NCBI GenBank assembly: GCA_965113315.1
Contig: OZ220370.1
Origin: Podarcis vaucheri
Lineage: Eukaryota
Reading direction: 5' to 3' (one strand)
Length of the DNA stretch: 64,000 bases
The position numbers and the translations under genes are program-made. Shown here one piece after another: positions 26,053-37,260 of the stretch (its first letter is position 1; each line of letters opens with the position of its first letter). Under the pieces are notes generated by a model. It was given only the letters and a program-made list of their open reading frames with translations, was not told where the DNA came from and made no database searches.

Positions 26053-26303
26053 CAGTCCTACCTTGGAAGTCAAACAGAATCCATTCTGGAAGTCCATTTG
26101 ACTTCCAAAACCTTTGAAAACCAAATTGTAACTTCTGATTGGCTGTAGGAAGCTCCTGCAGCCAATCAGAAGTCTCAAAACCCCCATTGGACATTCGGGT
26201 TCCAAAAAAATGTATGCAAACCGGAACAATCACTTCCGGGTTCGCGGCATTCGGGAGCCAAAACTTCCGAGTTCCAGGGTGTTCGGGATCTAAAGTACGA
26301 TTG
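26053..26303. mobile_element. Tc1/mariner (Tigger-like) MITE
   Basis: Degenerate TIRs CAGTCCTACCTT...AAAGTACGATTG followed by TA. Internal hairpins TTGGAAGTCAAA/TTTGACTTCCAA and CTTCTGATTGGCTG/CAGCCAATCAGAAG. Confidence 0.6.
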
Positions 26304-28716
26304 TATTCCAGCTTTCCAGCATAAGTAGCTTGAACATTAAATAATATAGTAAATGAGGAAGATAATTATTTTCTGATCATTTCATGACATGGGGTGGGAG
26401 CAATGTGCTGATGCTTCTATTTTATAATCATAGCCCCCTTCTTTCTTTCCTTTTGAATCAAGAATGGTCAACTACAACATTCAATTACTGGGGTACAATG
26501 TATAATTTTTCACCAGTAGTGCATTTTAGCTACTTGGATTTAAAATAATATGATATGGCTTCACTAGGTCTAAAATGATTTTAATTTCGGATATACTAGA
26601 GTCCTTACAAAAGTCTGAATAGGCTACTTGTGGTTCATGTTGAAGAACATTGTACAAAGTACTTTCACATCATGGTTCGGAGCTAGAGTTTCGCTATTTC
26701 ATTTTACAGTGCAGATTGGATTTCACTGATCAAATTGTTGGTATTTAATTGAGCACTGGATGCAATGCTTAACCCATTGTTTTAATGTAGGAGGTCATGT
26801 GTAATGTGGATGCAACCTTTTTATGTGTATCTTTGAACTCCACAGAAGATGCTTTTACTTTAATCTTTCGGAGGTGTAAATTGTGCAGCATGTTCTCAAC
26901 GCTGCCTCTGTGGACAGTTGGCGTGGGCATGGTGGCACCATTCTCTATGCCTCTGTTTGGCATGGCAGTATCTGGCCTTCTCCTTCTAGCTTCAAACAAG
27001 GCAAGATCTATCAGTTCTCAGTTGGGGCTGAATGGTAGTATTTTGTTCTTGTTGCTAAATTGGCCGAATGAGAGGATGAATGACAGGAGCTTTCTCATCT
27101 GCTAGGCAGTCAATAATTAGAGAATGGCTGTATTTGGACCCCAGCCATTCTTTTTAAATGTGCCACAACTGGCATGTGCTATGTAGGTTAGAAAACATAA
27201 GGATCCTATAGTGAGCAGCCCAAGACCTGAAAGGAGAGTTACCCAAACCAACCTTCATGGCATTCTTACTAATTTGGGAGAATCTGGTCATGGTAATTAT
27301 TTGTCTGTACTGATGACCTCATTGACTTACTGGCTCATGGCTGATGATACCTAAAGGTCCTCATTTGCACTCAGTGGAGCTGGGAAGGAGGGCACTGAAG
27401 AGAAAAGACCAGTTTCAATATTGATCCAATACTTGGACCCAGAATGGCGACAACTGTTTAATGTGTCTGGCAGAAAAGACAGTTCCTAGCCTCCATCTTG
27501 GCATTAAGTATGTCATCACTGAGGTTGTAGAAGTAGTATAATTTAATCATATGTAGATCAGACTTGTAAATAAATAAGTTGTGGCACATAGTCAAATCCA
27601 TCCACTGTGTCTGGCTTCATGCTGGGGTGTGGAAGCAAACATAGACCACACTTTTTACCTGTATTGTGTAGTTCAATCATGTTTCAGTATGCATGATATA
27701 AAATCCGCCACCAGGTCAAGACTAATTGGCAGTGGTCTTCTAGAGTAGAGCGTGGATATTGATTATTTAGCTGGAGATACATTAAAGCCCTTTATGCACA
27801 ACTAGTTGATCATATTTATTTTATAGTTGTAAACTGCTTAGAGACTGCTTTTGCTGAAGAAATGTGAATTGTGGCTATCTTGGAAGGTATATGTATTATT
27901 TAGGGTTATGTATATAATGGGCTGGATCCAGACTTGGCCATACATAGAGCCGAAGCATTGAAATCAACTTGACAAGTTACTGAGTTAAACCACATTGATT
28001 TTCGTGGATCAGCTATAACCATGACTAAGGCTGTTATCCAAATCCTGGCTTGGGCGACATGAGGCATAACAGAGCAAGGAGACCACTGTCACATCCGCAG
28101 CATTGCTGCTGGTCTGGGCAGAAGGTGGAGGGGCACCTCACTTGGACCCACATCAGGCCCAGTGCCATCCCGGGACAGTAGTGGGACTGGCTCCTGCCTC
28201 TCCCTGTCCTTGTCCCCTTTCAGAATTTTTCATCAGCTGCCATGAGTGGAGATCCCACTGGCATGACTTCTAACCACGCATACATTTGGCAGAGGGAACA
28301 GGCAATTCTGCCCCAGCAGAGTGACCCCCTGTGGGTAGAGGCCAGTGGAGGCTGGTAGGGCTTGGCTGAGGAACAGCTCCAGCCAATCCAAACCCTACCA
28401 CCACCAGCGCAGTGCAAAAGATTGCAGGCTAAGTCTGGAGCTAAAGCTGAGTAAAGATCCTCAAATATCCAGGATTTGTCAGAACAGCAACATTACTTAT
28501 AATATATATAAGTATAATATATATATTATAATATTATATAGTATTAGTGCAATTATTCCACATACTGCAGGAAGAGCCTTGTGGCTTACTTAAAGGAACC
28601 TGCTGAGTTCATGCCAAATGCAGGACATAAACTGCATTACTATTCTGTTTCTTACACTACACCAGCTGAAGACACTTAAAACACATTGAACGCTTGAATT
28701 GCACTTAATTCAATTT

Positions 28717-28860
28717 ATAAACAGAGGTTGGATGGCCATCTGCCATGGATGCTTTAGCTGAGATTCCTGCATAGCAGGGGGTTGGACTACATGACCCTTG
28801 GGGTCACTTCCAACTCTAAGACTCCATCATTCTATCTCTCCTTCCTTGGAGGTTTTTAAA
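28717..28860 (+). mobile_element. CR1 LINE 3' terminus (apparently permuted)
   Basis: CAGAGGTTGGATGGCCATCTG...GGGGGTTGGACTACATGACCCTTGGGGTCACTTCCAACTCT...ATTCTAT, then CTCTCCTTCCTTGGAGGTTTTTAAA. Confidence 0.75.
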
Positions 28861-29251
28861 ACCTTGAATAAAATTTCCTCAATTCTCCCATCGTCTTTTT
28901 CTTTATACACCGTAACACTTCATAGAGAAATCCACTAGAGTAATACAATTTTTCTCATAAAGAGGTTTACAGATTGATATTCTTGGTAACAATTGTAAGT
29001 GCTGTAAATTGAGGAAATGACTCTATACTGTGTTTTTATTGCTTGTTCTTTACTGCAAATACTCATTTGAAGTTGATTTTTTTTTTACCTGTAATACTAG
29101 TGAAAAGATAACACAAACAAAACACAAATATTTCTGCTTTATAACAGAAGAGGCTTCACATATCCTGTATCAGAATGTAGTTTGAGTCATTAAATATAAA
29201 TACCACCATGCCATGTCATGAATTAGGAGAGAAAAATCACTGGGAAAAGAT

Positions 29252-29293
29252 TGCAGTTCTCTGCTTCAGACTCACAGTGTCACTGTTGGACAA
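29252..29293 (+). promoter_or_regulatory. CSE/CTCF-type site of exon 6 (core CACT)
   Basis: TGCAG at 29252, core at 29281. Confidence 0.8.
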
Positions 29294-29536
29294 GGCGGCA
29301 ATCCAAGGGCAGCTGAAGTTGCACTGATGCTTTCTGCAGAGAGATCTCTTTGTCCCAAACTGCACATCGGGAATACCAGCAGACGCTGGAGCAAACGTTT
29401 CAGCTGGAAAAAAAGAAAACACTGCAGCATATACAAATTAAACCAAAAGATCCAGTTATTTTTTTTACTGGGCAAAATAAAATCTCCTGTCTTTGTGGAA
29501 ATCGGAAATCCTGTGCTCATCAAAGAGAAGAGGAAA

Positions 29537-31966
29537 ATGAACAGAAGAGGAATCCTTCATGGAGAGAGCTTTCAAACACCAGGAAGGCATATTACCCTTC
29601 TGATATTATCATCTTTGTTTTGTGGAGCAGTTTTGGAAGAGGTTCACTATTCCATCCCTGAGGAGATGGCAAAGGGGTCTTTGGTGGGAAATCTTGCCAA
29701 GGATCTGGGACTGAATGCCAGAGAACTGAAGAGCAGAAACCTGCATATCCTTTCTGAAGGTAAAAAGCCATATTTCACTATCAATGCTGAAAATGGAAAC
29801 CTGTATGTGAATGAGAGGATAGATCGTGAGGGAATGTGTAGAGAGAGCACACACTGCATTATAGATTTTGAAGCTGTGGTTGAAAAGCCATTGAATGTTT
29901 TCCATGTAAGTGTAGCAATTCAGGACATTAATGATAACATCCCACAATTCATAAAGGGCAATATTGGGCTTCAAATAATTGAATCCACATTGCCAGGTGC
30001 CAAATTTCTTCTTGGGAAAGCTCAAGATCCTGATATCGGGATTAATTCTCTCCAAAATTACCAGCTGAGTTCAAACCACTATTTCATTCTTGAGATTCGA
30101 CAGAGAGAAGATGGCCATAAATATGCAGAATTGGTGTTGCAGAAACCTTTGGATCGGGAAAGTGAGCACTCACTTCAGTTGATCCTTACAGCCTTGGATG
30201 GGGGTGAGCCCAGAAAAACTGGGACTGCCCAGATATGGATTAACATCACAGATGCCAATGACAACCCACCAGTCTTCACTCAAGAGGTTTATACAGTTAA
30301 CCTGAGGGAAAATTCCCCCGTGGGGTCCCCAGTACTCCAAGTAAAAGCCTCTGATAGGGATGAAGGTCTAAATGCACATATTAGTTATATTTTTAATAAC
30401 ATCCCAGAAACAGCCCACCAAATATTTGAACTAGATCCACAAAGTGGAACAATTACAATTAAGGAAGCTCTTGACTTTGAGGAAACAGAGAAGTACACTA
30501 TGACTGTTGAAGCAAGAGATGGAGGAGGATTAGTAGCTCACTGCAATGTTGATATAAAGATTATAGATGAGAATGACAATGCACCAGAGATCATTCTGGC
30601 CTCCTTATCCAGTCCGATTCCAGAAGACTCTGTTTCTGGAACAGTAATTGCTCTCATCAACGTAAAGGATAGGGATTCTGGAGAAAACGGAAAAATTACC
30701 TGCCACTTACAAAATAATGTACCATTTAAAATAGCATCAATATCTAAGAATAACTACAAAATCCACACAGACAGTCCATTGGACAGAGAAAAAGCCTCAG
30801 GGTACAACATCACAATCACAGCTACTGACAAAGGTAGCCCCCCTCTCTCCTCCAACAAAACCATCTCCCTGCAGATTTCAGACATCAATGACAACCCCCC
30901 TGCCTTTGAAAAATCAACCTACAGTGTCTTTGTGCCTGAAAACAATCCCTCAGGTGCCTCCATTTTCTCCATCAAAGCCTTGGACCCAGATCTGGACCGC
31001 AACTCACGTATCACTTACTCCATCCTCAACAGCAACATGGAGGAGCTGCCTCTCTCCTCTTACGTCTCCATCAGCTCTGAGACGGGAACTATCTATGCAC
31101 AGCGCTCCTTTGACTATGAGCAATTCAGGGAGTTTCAGATCCAAGTGAAGGCCCAAGATGGCGGCTCTCCCTCTCTCAGCAACAACGCCACCGTGTGGGT
31201 GTACATTTTGGACCAGAATGATAACAGTCCTCGCGTTCTGTATCCTGTCCCAGGTGTTGAGGGTTCTGCCTTGTTTGAGATGGTTCCTCATTCAGCAGAG
31301 CCAGGCTACCTAGTGACCAAAGTGGTGGCTGTGGACGCAGACTCTGGGCACAATGCCTGGCTCTCCTACCAAGTGCTGCAGGCCACAGAGCCCGCCCTTT
31401 TCACCATTGGGACCCACACAGGAGAGATCAGGACATCACGAGCCCTTCTGGAGAAAGATGCTGTGAAACAGAAGCTGGTCATTTTGGTGAAGGACAATGG
31501 GAAGGCTCCACTCTCAGCTACTGTGGTCCTCAACCTCGTGGTTGCTGAGAACTTCCAAGAGGCACTTCCAGAAATGACTAGGCAATCCAGTGACACAGAA
31601 CATCATTCTGACCTCCAGTTTTACTTGGTGCTGGCTTTGGCATTGATCTCATTTTTGTTCCTCCTGACGGTGATACTGGTCATTGTCATGAAACTTCGAC
31701 AATCAGGAAATCCCAAATTATTCCAGTGCTTTGAACCTAATGCTTTTCCTAAGGCGCAGGTCCTATTTCCACCAAACTATGAAGAAGGAACTTTACCTTA
31801 TTCCTACCAACTCTGTCTATCGTCAGAGATGAGGAAAGAGCAGATCTCTTTCCCAAAACCCCATATCCAGGTGGCAGAAAATTTGCTGTGCAATGATAGC
31901 TCTCAGGTGGTTCTTGTGGATGGCAGCTGTGGGGATGCCAATGCCAAAGAGGAGGTTGGTGAGCAG
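29537..31966 (+). CDS. PCDHGB: Protocadherin gammaB-like variable exon 6 (type B)
   Basis: ORF 29327-32020. The ATG homologous to exons 2 and 4 is at 29537. Donor CAG|GTAAGC at 31966; 810 codons. Confidence 0.92.
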
Positions 31967-32029
31967 GTAAGCTTTGCTTTCGGAACTGTGATGTTGGCAG
32001 CACAGGCTTGCTCCTTGTAGGAATAAAAC

Positions 32030-32144
32030 CAGACCTTTCTTTTTGTCAGAATGCACCAGCACTCAGTTCTGGCGCCTCTCAGCTAGGCTCTTTTGCCATT
32101 ATAAGAGAACAAAGTAGGCACCTCTTTGCCTAGACAAATTGCAC
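32030..32144. mobile_element. Short MITE-like insertion
   Basis: About 120 bp absent from the homologous intron start after exon 4 (CTTGTA|TGAGCAAAACT). Repeated GGC[G/A]CCTCT units; ends in GCACTG. Confidence 0.45.
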
Positions 32145-32357
32145 TGAGTAAAACTAATATTTTTAGCTTGTCTTCCTCTTACCTTCCTGATTTAGTACAT
32201 GAGAGAACTAGAAAAACATGAAATCATATTACTAGAACCTGCTGTTCAGAATGTAGAGAATTTTTTTTACAAGCCTTCAAGTTGCAATGGCAGGGGCATT
32301 TTCAATGCTGTAGCTGAAAATTATGTTCAGGTGAGTCTTGATCTTGTTATGGTTTAA

Positions 32358-32713
32358 AGGTAAAGGTAAAGGGACCCCTGACCATTAGGTCCAGTCGTGG
32401 CTGACTCTGGGGTTGTGGCGCTCATCTCACTTTACTGGCTGAGGGAGCAGGCGTACAGCTTCCGGGTCATGTGGCCAGCAGGACTAAGCCACTTCTGGCG
32501 AAACCAAAGCAGTGCATGGAAACGCCGTTTACCTTCCCGCCGGAGCGGTACCTATTTATCTATTTGCACTTTGACGTGCTTTCGAACTGCTAGGTTGGCA
32601 GGAGCTGAGACCGAGCAACAGGAACTCACCCCGTCGCGGGGATTCAAATCACCGACCTTCTGATCGGCAAGTCCTAGGCTCTGTGGTTTAACCCACAGCA
32701 CCACCCGTGTCCC
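32358..32713 (-). mobile_element. Full-length Sauria SINE
   Basis: (ACCTTT)n tail seen as AGGTAAAGGTAAAGG. Body includes CCGTTTACCTTCCCGCCGGAGCGGTACCTATTTATCTA, with a tRNA-like head. 14-bp TSD TTGTTATGGTTTAA (32344-32357) / TTGTTACGGTTTAA (32716-32729). Confidence 0.92.
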
Positions 32714-32879
32714 TGTTGTTACGGTTTAACTTCTAGTAATTATGAATGAAATGGAAGAGTGCGGTGAATTTGAGTTTTCCATACTAATGTAGATATCAAT
32801 AATAAGGTAACAGCAATTCAATGCAAGACCCCATGTAAGAAAGTGCAAAGAAATCTTTTTTTCACATATTTTGTCATCA

Positions 32880-33470
32880 GCGGTGACTGACTAGGAACAA
32901 GATCCTGGAGTCATAGTGGATAGCTTGATGAAGATATTGACACAGTGTAAAACAGATGTGGAAAAGGTGAAAACCATGGTAGAAATTGTTAGGAAAGGAA
33001 TTAAAAATAAAACTGAAGAATGTTCAGGAAAGAGCAAGCACAATGACAGGTGGGTGGAGTAATTCCCCTATGAAAAAAGGTTATGACATTTTTTATTTTT
33101 AAGTTTAGGGGAGAAAAGGCAAATAAGGAAGGACATAACTGAGAGGCATAGATTTCAGCATAGTGTGGAAAATGCAGAAATAGAAAAGTTTTCTCTCTCT
33201 CATAACTAACAAGAGGCTGTGATAGCCCACAGCCTGAATGGCTTTAAAAGAGGTTTACACAAATTCCATGGCTACTAACCATGTTGTCTAGGTTCTGCCT
33301 CCACTGCCAGAGGCTATATGCCTGTGAGTATGAGGTTCATGGAATCACAGGTGGTGGCTGTGCTGTTGTGCTCATGTTCTGCTTGGGGGCTTCTCATGGG
33401 CTTCCGGTGGTCTCCATGAGTGCTGGACAAGCTCCACCTTTGGGCCAATATTGCAGGCTTCTTCTTATGT
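32880..33470 (+). mobile_element. Decayed CR1 LINE fragment
   Basis: Degenerate CR1 ORF2 3' part (GATCCTGGAGTCATAGTGGATAGC...CCCCTATGAAAAAAGGTT...GGCTTTAAAAGAGGTTTA), ending GCAGGCTTCTTCTTATGT. Confidence 0.6.
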
Positions 33471-34154
33471 TATGTTTCTTTGTTCTTTATAACAATGTAA
33501 GTTATAGTTCACCTTATAGTTCAGCTATGGAATTTGCTACTACAAGATGCAGTGATCACCCCCAACTTGGTGGCTTTAAGGAGAATGAGATCATATGAGG
33601 GCTCCTACAGGAAAAATGGCAAGATGTAAATTTAATAAAGAAATTTATGGTGGATAGAGCCATCACTGGTTTGTAGTCATGGTGGCAATATTACCTCTAG
33701 TCCCAGAGGCATTGTGCCCCTGATTTTAGTTGCAGTGGTCCAAGAATGGAGCTTCTGAGAGGAATCTGGCCAGCCACTGTGGGAGACAGGATGCTTGACT
33801 GGATAGGTCATTGGTCTGATTCAGTAAGACTGTTCTTATGTTTTCATGGAATGGAATTCTGTGCATGGGTATGCTGTGTGGTGTTGTGAGACAGATGAAA
33901 ATTTAATGAATTTAATTAATGGGGGGAAATTGCATCTTGTGGGCTATTATACAGAACAATAATAGGGGCTATTACCATTAATGTGGACAAATCAAAATCA
34001 AACTACTTCTGTTATTTTCCAAGGAAACCTCTACAGTATCATAAAATCCTTCTGAATTAGATATCTTGATTTCTTGTATCACTCTCTTACTTTGTCTTTC
34101 TATTGCTCTCAGTTCCTGGCCGTCATAATGTAATTATCACAATCTTTTCATTTA

Positions 34155-34482
34155 CAGTGGTGCCCCGCAAGACGAATGCCTCGCAAGACGGAAAACTCGC
34201 TAGACGAAAGAGTTTTCCGTTTTGGAGGTGCTTCGCAAAACGAATTTCATATGGGCTTGCTTCGCAAAACGACAATGTCTTGCGAGTTCCTGCTGGCTTT
34301 TTTTCCCTTCCCCCCTTTTTTCTAAGCCGCTAAGCCGCTTATCAGCTGATCCGATCAGCAGATAAGCCACTAAACGCCGCTAATAGCGCTAATCCGTCAA
34401 GGGGCTTGCTTCGCAAGACGAAAAAACCGCTAGATGAAGAGAATCACAGAACGGATTCTTTTCGTCTTGCGAGGCACCACTG
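34155..34482. mobile_element. Young Tc1/mariner (pogo/Tigger-like) MITE, 328 bp
   Basis: 22-bp TIRs CAGTGGTGCCCCGCAAGACGAA / TTCGTCTTGCGAGGCACCACTG (1 mismatch). TA TSD on both sides, internal repeats of CGCAAGACG, CpGs retained. Confidence 0.92.
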
Positions 34483-35748
34483 TAATGTATTTTCATATAC
34501 TACTTAATTGCCAAAGTCTCTAATCTAGCAATCCTTTGACATCCTCCTTCATCTAGAGCATATGAGTTCAAATATACCAGTAATGGTGTGTACAAACTGC
34601 ATGATAATGTGCATTCAGTGCCGGATTCAGATACGCCTTTTGGGGGTGCTGTGCACACGTCATCCCGATCTCAGCCCTGTCCCACACTATTTGTCATTTT
34701 AGGTGTGTGCTTCTGGAATGGTTATAATCTGTTTTGTGCCAAGATTGTACTTCTCAAGCACTTGTTGCATGCATGTGTAGACCAAGAATGCTTTCTTAGG
34801 TCACCTCCTATTGGAGCAGATCTACTGATGTTGCATGGCTGTGCCACTGCAACTCACCTTGTTTAACCTGTCTGTGAATGAAAGAGGCAAAAACAAAAAC
34901 GGAGCAGTACAGCAACTTAGCTCTCTCCATAAACATATGTATATCAACACATCAGTTTCCAACCCCCTCTCAAAAGACTGAAAAATATGTGCTTTTTAAA
35001 AGGTATGTGAAAATAGGAAGTACTGATGGGGAGGGGAACACAGAACTTCATTACACACTAGTTTGAAAACATGCCCACCTGTGTACAGACAGCACAGAGA
35101 GTAGCTGCTACTTTGGATGATGTTATTGCACAAAGGTGTGTGAAATTGCAAACAACCAGGTCTTTTTTCCAGTAGCACCTCTCCTGAGCGTTCCGGCAGA
35201 CCTGGGATGGATTGGGACTTGGCGTGGTGAGTGTTTTGGGCTCTTTTTAAGGTAGTTGGTGTGGTGTGTGTTTTTGATGGCTCCCAAAAAGAAGCTCAAC
35301 AACTTTGGGAGTTCCTGCACCTCTCTTTGTAAAAAAGAAGAAGCACTGCAAACAACTACGTACAAAGTGAGGGGGGGGTGATTTCCCCTGTGCATTTTAG
35401 AGGCTACATGTGTACACAGCCTATGATGTCCAACAAACCTATTTCACGCTGTTGGATCCAATACCATGCCAAGCGCTGGTAGAGCAATTACTGTAATTGT
35501 TCCTGCATTGGTGGTTAGATCCTGCTCTGGCCACAGGGGAGCAAATGCTGCAGAAGGAGCTCTGCATGGCACCAGCAAGTAGGAGGCAGGAGGCAGGGTC
35601 TGCTATGGAACTAATACCAGTGAACAGGTTTTTATGACCCACCACTGCCTAAGTAGAAGCGGGAGAGATCTTAACATTGCTGCTTATTGTACCCTCAGTA
35701 AACAGGCGCTGTCTAAATAGAAGCTGTTTATTGTACCCTCAGTAAACA

Positions 35749-35796
35749 GGAAGGAAGGAAGGAAGGAAGGAAGGAAGGAAGGAAGGAAGGAAGGAA
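35749..35796. repeat. (GGAA)n microsatellite
   Basis: About 12 GGAA units. Confidence 0.95.
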
Positions 35797-36705
35797 GATG
35801 CATGGGATTCTCTGAAAATGTTCCTTATTTGGCAGATTGTAAAGATTCAACTGTAAGGACTTGTAAGGAAACTATAATCAAAAGCACAGAAAATAGCACT
35901 TCTGAAAGACAGAGGGAGCAGACGCTAGATGAATACTGTTATATGAGTCAGCATTGTGATGCTGTGGCGCAAAAGAGCTGGACCATGTGTAGTTTGCATT
36001 TACAGGAGAACTCTTGGAGTAGCCAGATTCCTACTAGGGACCGAGAAGAACTGTTCTGGACACATGCATTCCATAAATGCTGATTGACAGACATCTAACA
36101 ACTTAGGAAAGATTCAAAAAAGAATTATTCCAGCCCTTCTGCTGAAGAAAATAATTATAATAAATAAATTTTCAGAAAATGTTTAATTAAGCATCCCTTA
36201 GTTTGCATTTTTCATATAATTTTTTTTTTTAGAATGTTTTACTTTGAAATTATTTTACAAGTTCCCTCCCCTCATAATGTTTTGTGAGGAATTCCTAGTA
36301 GATGCTATGATGTATTGAGCCTTGAAAAGACACACATATTTCCAGTAAAAATGTTCTTAAAATACTATATATATTTCGGAGTCAATGTTCCAAGAGCTAG
36401 GGGAAATGCATAAAAACATAAGATTTTCATGATTTTCATCTAACATTAGGATTCCTGTGTACAAATTCCCATACTTGTTTATGTGGTAACTGTGCATATT
36501 ACATACCTATGTAGAAAACTTAATCTTACCAAGGAAGGTTTAACTGACTTGTTGGTTATTGGGGTTCTCTCCTTTTCTAGAGAATAAGAATCCACTTCTA
36601 CGCTTACAAGGCATAACTTGGTGTTTCATGATAAATTAAAATAAATAGTCACTTTGTTTTGTTTATCTGTGAAACAGTGTGCACATCAGCAGCATTCCAG
36701 CTTAT

Positions 36706-36850
36706 GTGGGATAGCTCAGCCAGTAGAGTATGAGACTTTTAATCTCAGGGATGTGGGTTTGAGCCCCATGTGGGACAAAAAGATTCCTGAATTGCAGGGG
36801 ATTGGACTAGATCACCTTCGTGGTGCCTTCCAAATCTGTGATCCTATTAT
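36706..36850 (+). mobile_element. tRNA-Lys-derived SINE with CR1 3' tail
   Basis: GGATAGCTCAGCCAGTAGAGTATGAGACTTTTAATCTCAGGG...GGGTTTGAGCCCC is tRNA-Lys-like with a decayed B box. It is joined to AGATTCCTGAATTGCAGGGGATTGGACTAGATCACC...CCTTCCAA, which matches the CR1 tail at ~28760-28820. Confidence 0.85.
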
Positions 36851-37033
36851 ATGTCTTGTGTATTGACGCAAATAAATGCATTAAATATAGAGCAAGGAAA
36901 CACGAGAATGACATTCAGTGATAAAACAGGTTAGTAATTAATTTGTGCATTGTATTTAAATGTTTCTCATTATACACACACACACACATGGAGTTGGATA
37001 TACAATGAGAATCGAAACAAAAAATGTAGTGTG

Positions 37034-37073
37034 TGCAGTTCCTGGCTGTGACTCTGAGTGTCGCTGTTGACCA
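37034..37073 (+). promoter_or_regulatory. CSE/CTCF-type site of exon 7 (canonical CGCT)
   Basis: TGCAG at 37034; GTGT-CGCT-GTTGACCAA with core at 37062 (28-nt offset). Confidence 0.88.
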
Positions 37074-37260
37074 ACCAAGGCTAAGAAATACACTGAGAAA
37101 TTCATCCTTCCCAGATGAGCAGCTCAGCTCAGAAAATGCTGAGAGATCAGAGTTTCAGTGAACATTTTTGCGTTGGGAATCTCAGCTGCAAGTCCCTTTC
37201 TGGCAGCACTCCGTCATCCTGAATCACAGATCTCCCCAACAGCTTCATATCAGACCAGGA

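Noticed and set aside
35684-35750. 23-bp direct repeat with a short spacer (CRISPR-like look)
   Set aside because: Only two copies in eukaryotic DNA next to a microsatellite; a local duplication.
36706-36778. Functional tRNA-Lys gene
   Set aside because: The acceptor stem and T-loop are degenerate and a CR1 tail follows directly, so it is a SINE.
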